Shown: positions 61,898 through 64,000 of the stretch, piece after piece
How the letters are laid out: every line of letters starts with the position of its first letter
Position numbering within the stretch: the first letter of the stretch is position 1
Assembly (NCBI RefSeq): GCF_006345805.1
Contig: NC_043013.1
Coordinates: forward strand, 5,084,001-5,148,000
DNA: 64,000 nt
Origin: Octopus sinensis
Lineage: Eukaryota
Reading direction: 5' to 3'
Notes under the pieces: generated by a model
Databases searched by the model: none
Seen by the model: only the letters and a program-made list of their open reading frames with translations
What the model was told of the DNA's origin: nothing
Program-made: the position numbers and the translations under genes

Positions 61898-63930
61898 CAT
61901 CCATCATCATCCTCATTTAACGTCCGCTTTCCATGCTAGCATGGGTTGGACGGTTCAACTGGAGTCTGGGGAGCCCGAAGGCTGCACCAGGCCAGTCAGA
62001 TCTGGCAATGTTTCTACAGCTGGATGCCCTTCCTAACGCCAACCACTCCGAGAGTGTAGTGGGTGATTTTATGTGCCACCGACACAGGTGCAAGACGAGG
62101 CTGGCGAACGGCCACGCTCGGATGGTGTTTTTTTTTATGTGCCACCGACACAGGTGCCAGACGAGGCTGGCAGGCGGCCACGCTCGGATGGTGTTTTTAT
62201 GTGCCACCGACACAAGTGCCAGATGAGGCTGGCGAACGGCCACGATCGGATGGTGTTTGTTACGTGCCCACAGCACGGAGGCCAGTCGATGCGGTACTGG
62301 CTACGCCCACGTTCGGATGGTATTCTTGTGTGCCACCGGCACTGGTACCACAAAGATACAAATTCCATTGATGTTCATCTATTTTGATTTGGTTTGATTT
62401 TCACTTGCCTCAACAGGTCTTCACAACTGTCACACACTTGCCTCAACAGGTCTTCACAAGTGTCACATACTTGCCTCAACAGGTCTTCACAAGTGTCATA
62501 AGAAGGAAGGTATACACAGGTGGACTGACTACGTCCCAGGTAGGGGCCACGGGTTATGGCCTGACTAGTCTTGCCGGTCTTTGGATGGTGTTTTTATGTG
62601 CCACCAACACAGGTGCCAGATGAGGCTGGCGAACGGCCACGATCGGATGGTGTTTGTTACGTGCCCACAGCACGATGTGGTACTGGCTACCGCCACGTTC
62701 GGATGGTTTTCTTGTGTGCCACCGGCATTGGTACCACAAAGATACAAATTCCATTGATGTTCATCTATTTTGATTTGATTTGATTTGATTTGATTATGAT
62801 TATGATTATCACTTGCCTCAACAGGTCTTCACAAGTGTCATTTGATTTGATTTGCACTTGCCTCAACAGGTCTTCACAAGTGTCATAAGAAGGAAGGTAT
62901 GCACAGGTGGACTGACTACGTCCCAGGAAGGGGCCACGGGCTATGGCCTGACTAGTCTTGCCGGGTCTTCGGACAGGTGCCAGATGAGGCTGGCGAACGG
63001 CCACGATCGGATGGCGTATGTGCCCACAGCACAGGGGCCAGTCGATGCGGTACTGGCTACAGCCACGTTCGGATGGTTTTCTTGTGTGCCACCGGCACTG
63101 GTACCACAGAGATACAGATTCCATTGATGTTCATCTATTTTGATTTGTTTTGATTTTTTGATTTGTTGATTTTCACTTGCCTCAACAGGTCTTCACAAGT
63201 GTCACAAGAAGGAAGGTATGCACAGGTGGACTGACTACGTCCCAGGTAGGGGCCACCACGATCGGATGGTGTTTGTTATGTGCCCACATCACAGAGGCCA
63301 GTCGATGCGGTACTGGCTACGGCCACGTTCGGATGGTTTTCTTGTGTGCCACCGGTACTGGTACCACAAGATACAAATTCCATTGATGTTCATCTATTTT
63401 GATTTGGTTTGATTTTCACTTGTCTCAACAGGTCTTCACAAGTGTCACACACTTGCCTCTGCCTCAACAGGTCTTCTCAAGTGTCACACACTTGCCTCTG
63501 CCTCAACAGGTCTTCACAAGTGTCACACACTTGCCTCAACAGGTCTTCACAAGTGTCACACACTTGCCTCAACAGGTCTTCACAAGTGTCACACACTTGC
63601 CTCAACAGGTCTTCACAAGTGTCATAAGAAGGAAGGTATGCACAGGTGGACTGACTACGTCGCTGGGTCTTCGGATGGTGTTTTTATGTGCCACCGACAC
63701 AGGTGCCAGATGAGGCTGGCGAACGGCCACGATCGGATGGTGTTTGTTGTGCCCACAGCACGGAGGCCAGTCGATGTGGTACTGGCTACGGCCACGTTCG
63801 GATGGTTTTCTTGTGTGCCACCGGTACTGGTACCACAAAGATACAAATTCCATTGATGTTCATCTATTTTGATTTGGTTTGATTTTTTGATTTTCACTTG
63901 CCTCAACAGGTCTTCACAAGTGTCACATAT
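61898..63930 (-). mobile_element. RTE 3' UTR expanded into a modular higher-order tandem repeat
   Basis: The RTE terminus and (CAT)n tail are at 61898-62065. About five super-units follow, built from ~57-bp GTGCCACC...GGCCACG.TCGGATGG units, an ACCACAAAGATACAAATTCC...TTTGATTT block, 33-bp CACTTGCCTCAACAGGTCTTCACAAGTGTCACA units and an AAGAAGGAAGGTATGCACAGG block. Confidence 0.88.
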
Positions 63931-63933
63931 ATA

Positions 63934-63967
<34 letters not shown>

Positions 63968-64000
63968 GTATGTATATATATGTATGTATGTATTTATGTA

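Noticed and set aside
63417-63625. Regular 33-bp repeats resembling a CRISPR array
   Set aside because: The units are contiguous with no unique spacers, there are no cas genes, the context is eukaryotic, and they are part of an RTE UTR array.
61917-63906. Many overlapping 60-125 aa ORFs, including (HLPQQVFTSVT)n
   Set aside because: By-products of GC-richer tandem repeats that are open in several frames on both strands.

Overview
AT-rich, microsatellite- and transposon-dense animal genomic DNA. The repeat landscape suggests a coleoid cephalopod, probably Octopus; this is inferred from repeat style, not a database hit. The one confidently identified gene is a RASGEF1-family Ras GEF on the + strand. 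I traced 13 phase-consistent GT-AG exons from 13011 to 36765, encoding the CDC25 catalytic domain and C-terminus; the N-terminal exons were not found. At least one strong exon of an unidentified convergent minus-strand gene lies at 41589-41764. Mobile DNA includes RTE, CR1 and R4/Dong-type LINE relics, several tRNA-derived SINE families, mariner and hAT MITEs, a hAT-Blackjack relic, three non-autonomous Helitrons and an ~780-bp foldback element. The most striking unannotated signal is three distinct Penelope-like repeat families carrying minimal hammerhead ribozyme folds. One family has a compensatory G3:C8 swap of the catalytic-core pair in both copies present. A second notable signal is a modular higher-order repeat grown inside an RTE 3' UTR (61898-63930). 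Almost all long ORFs in the supplied track are artefacts of (TA/TG/CA)n repeats.
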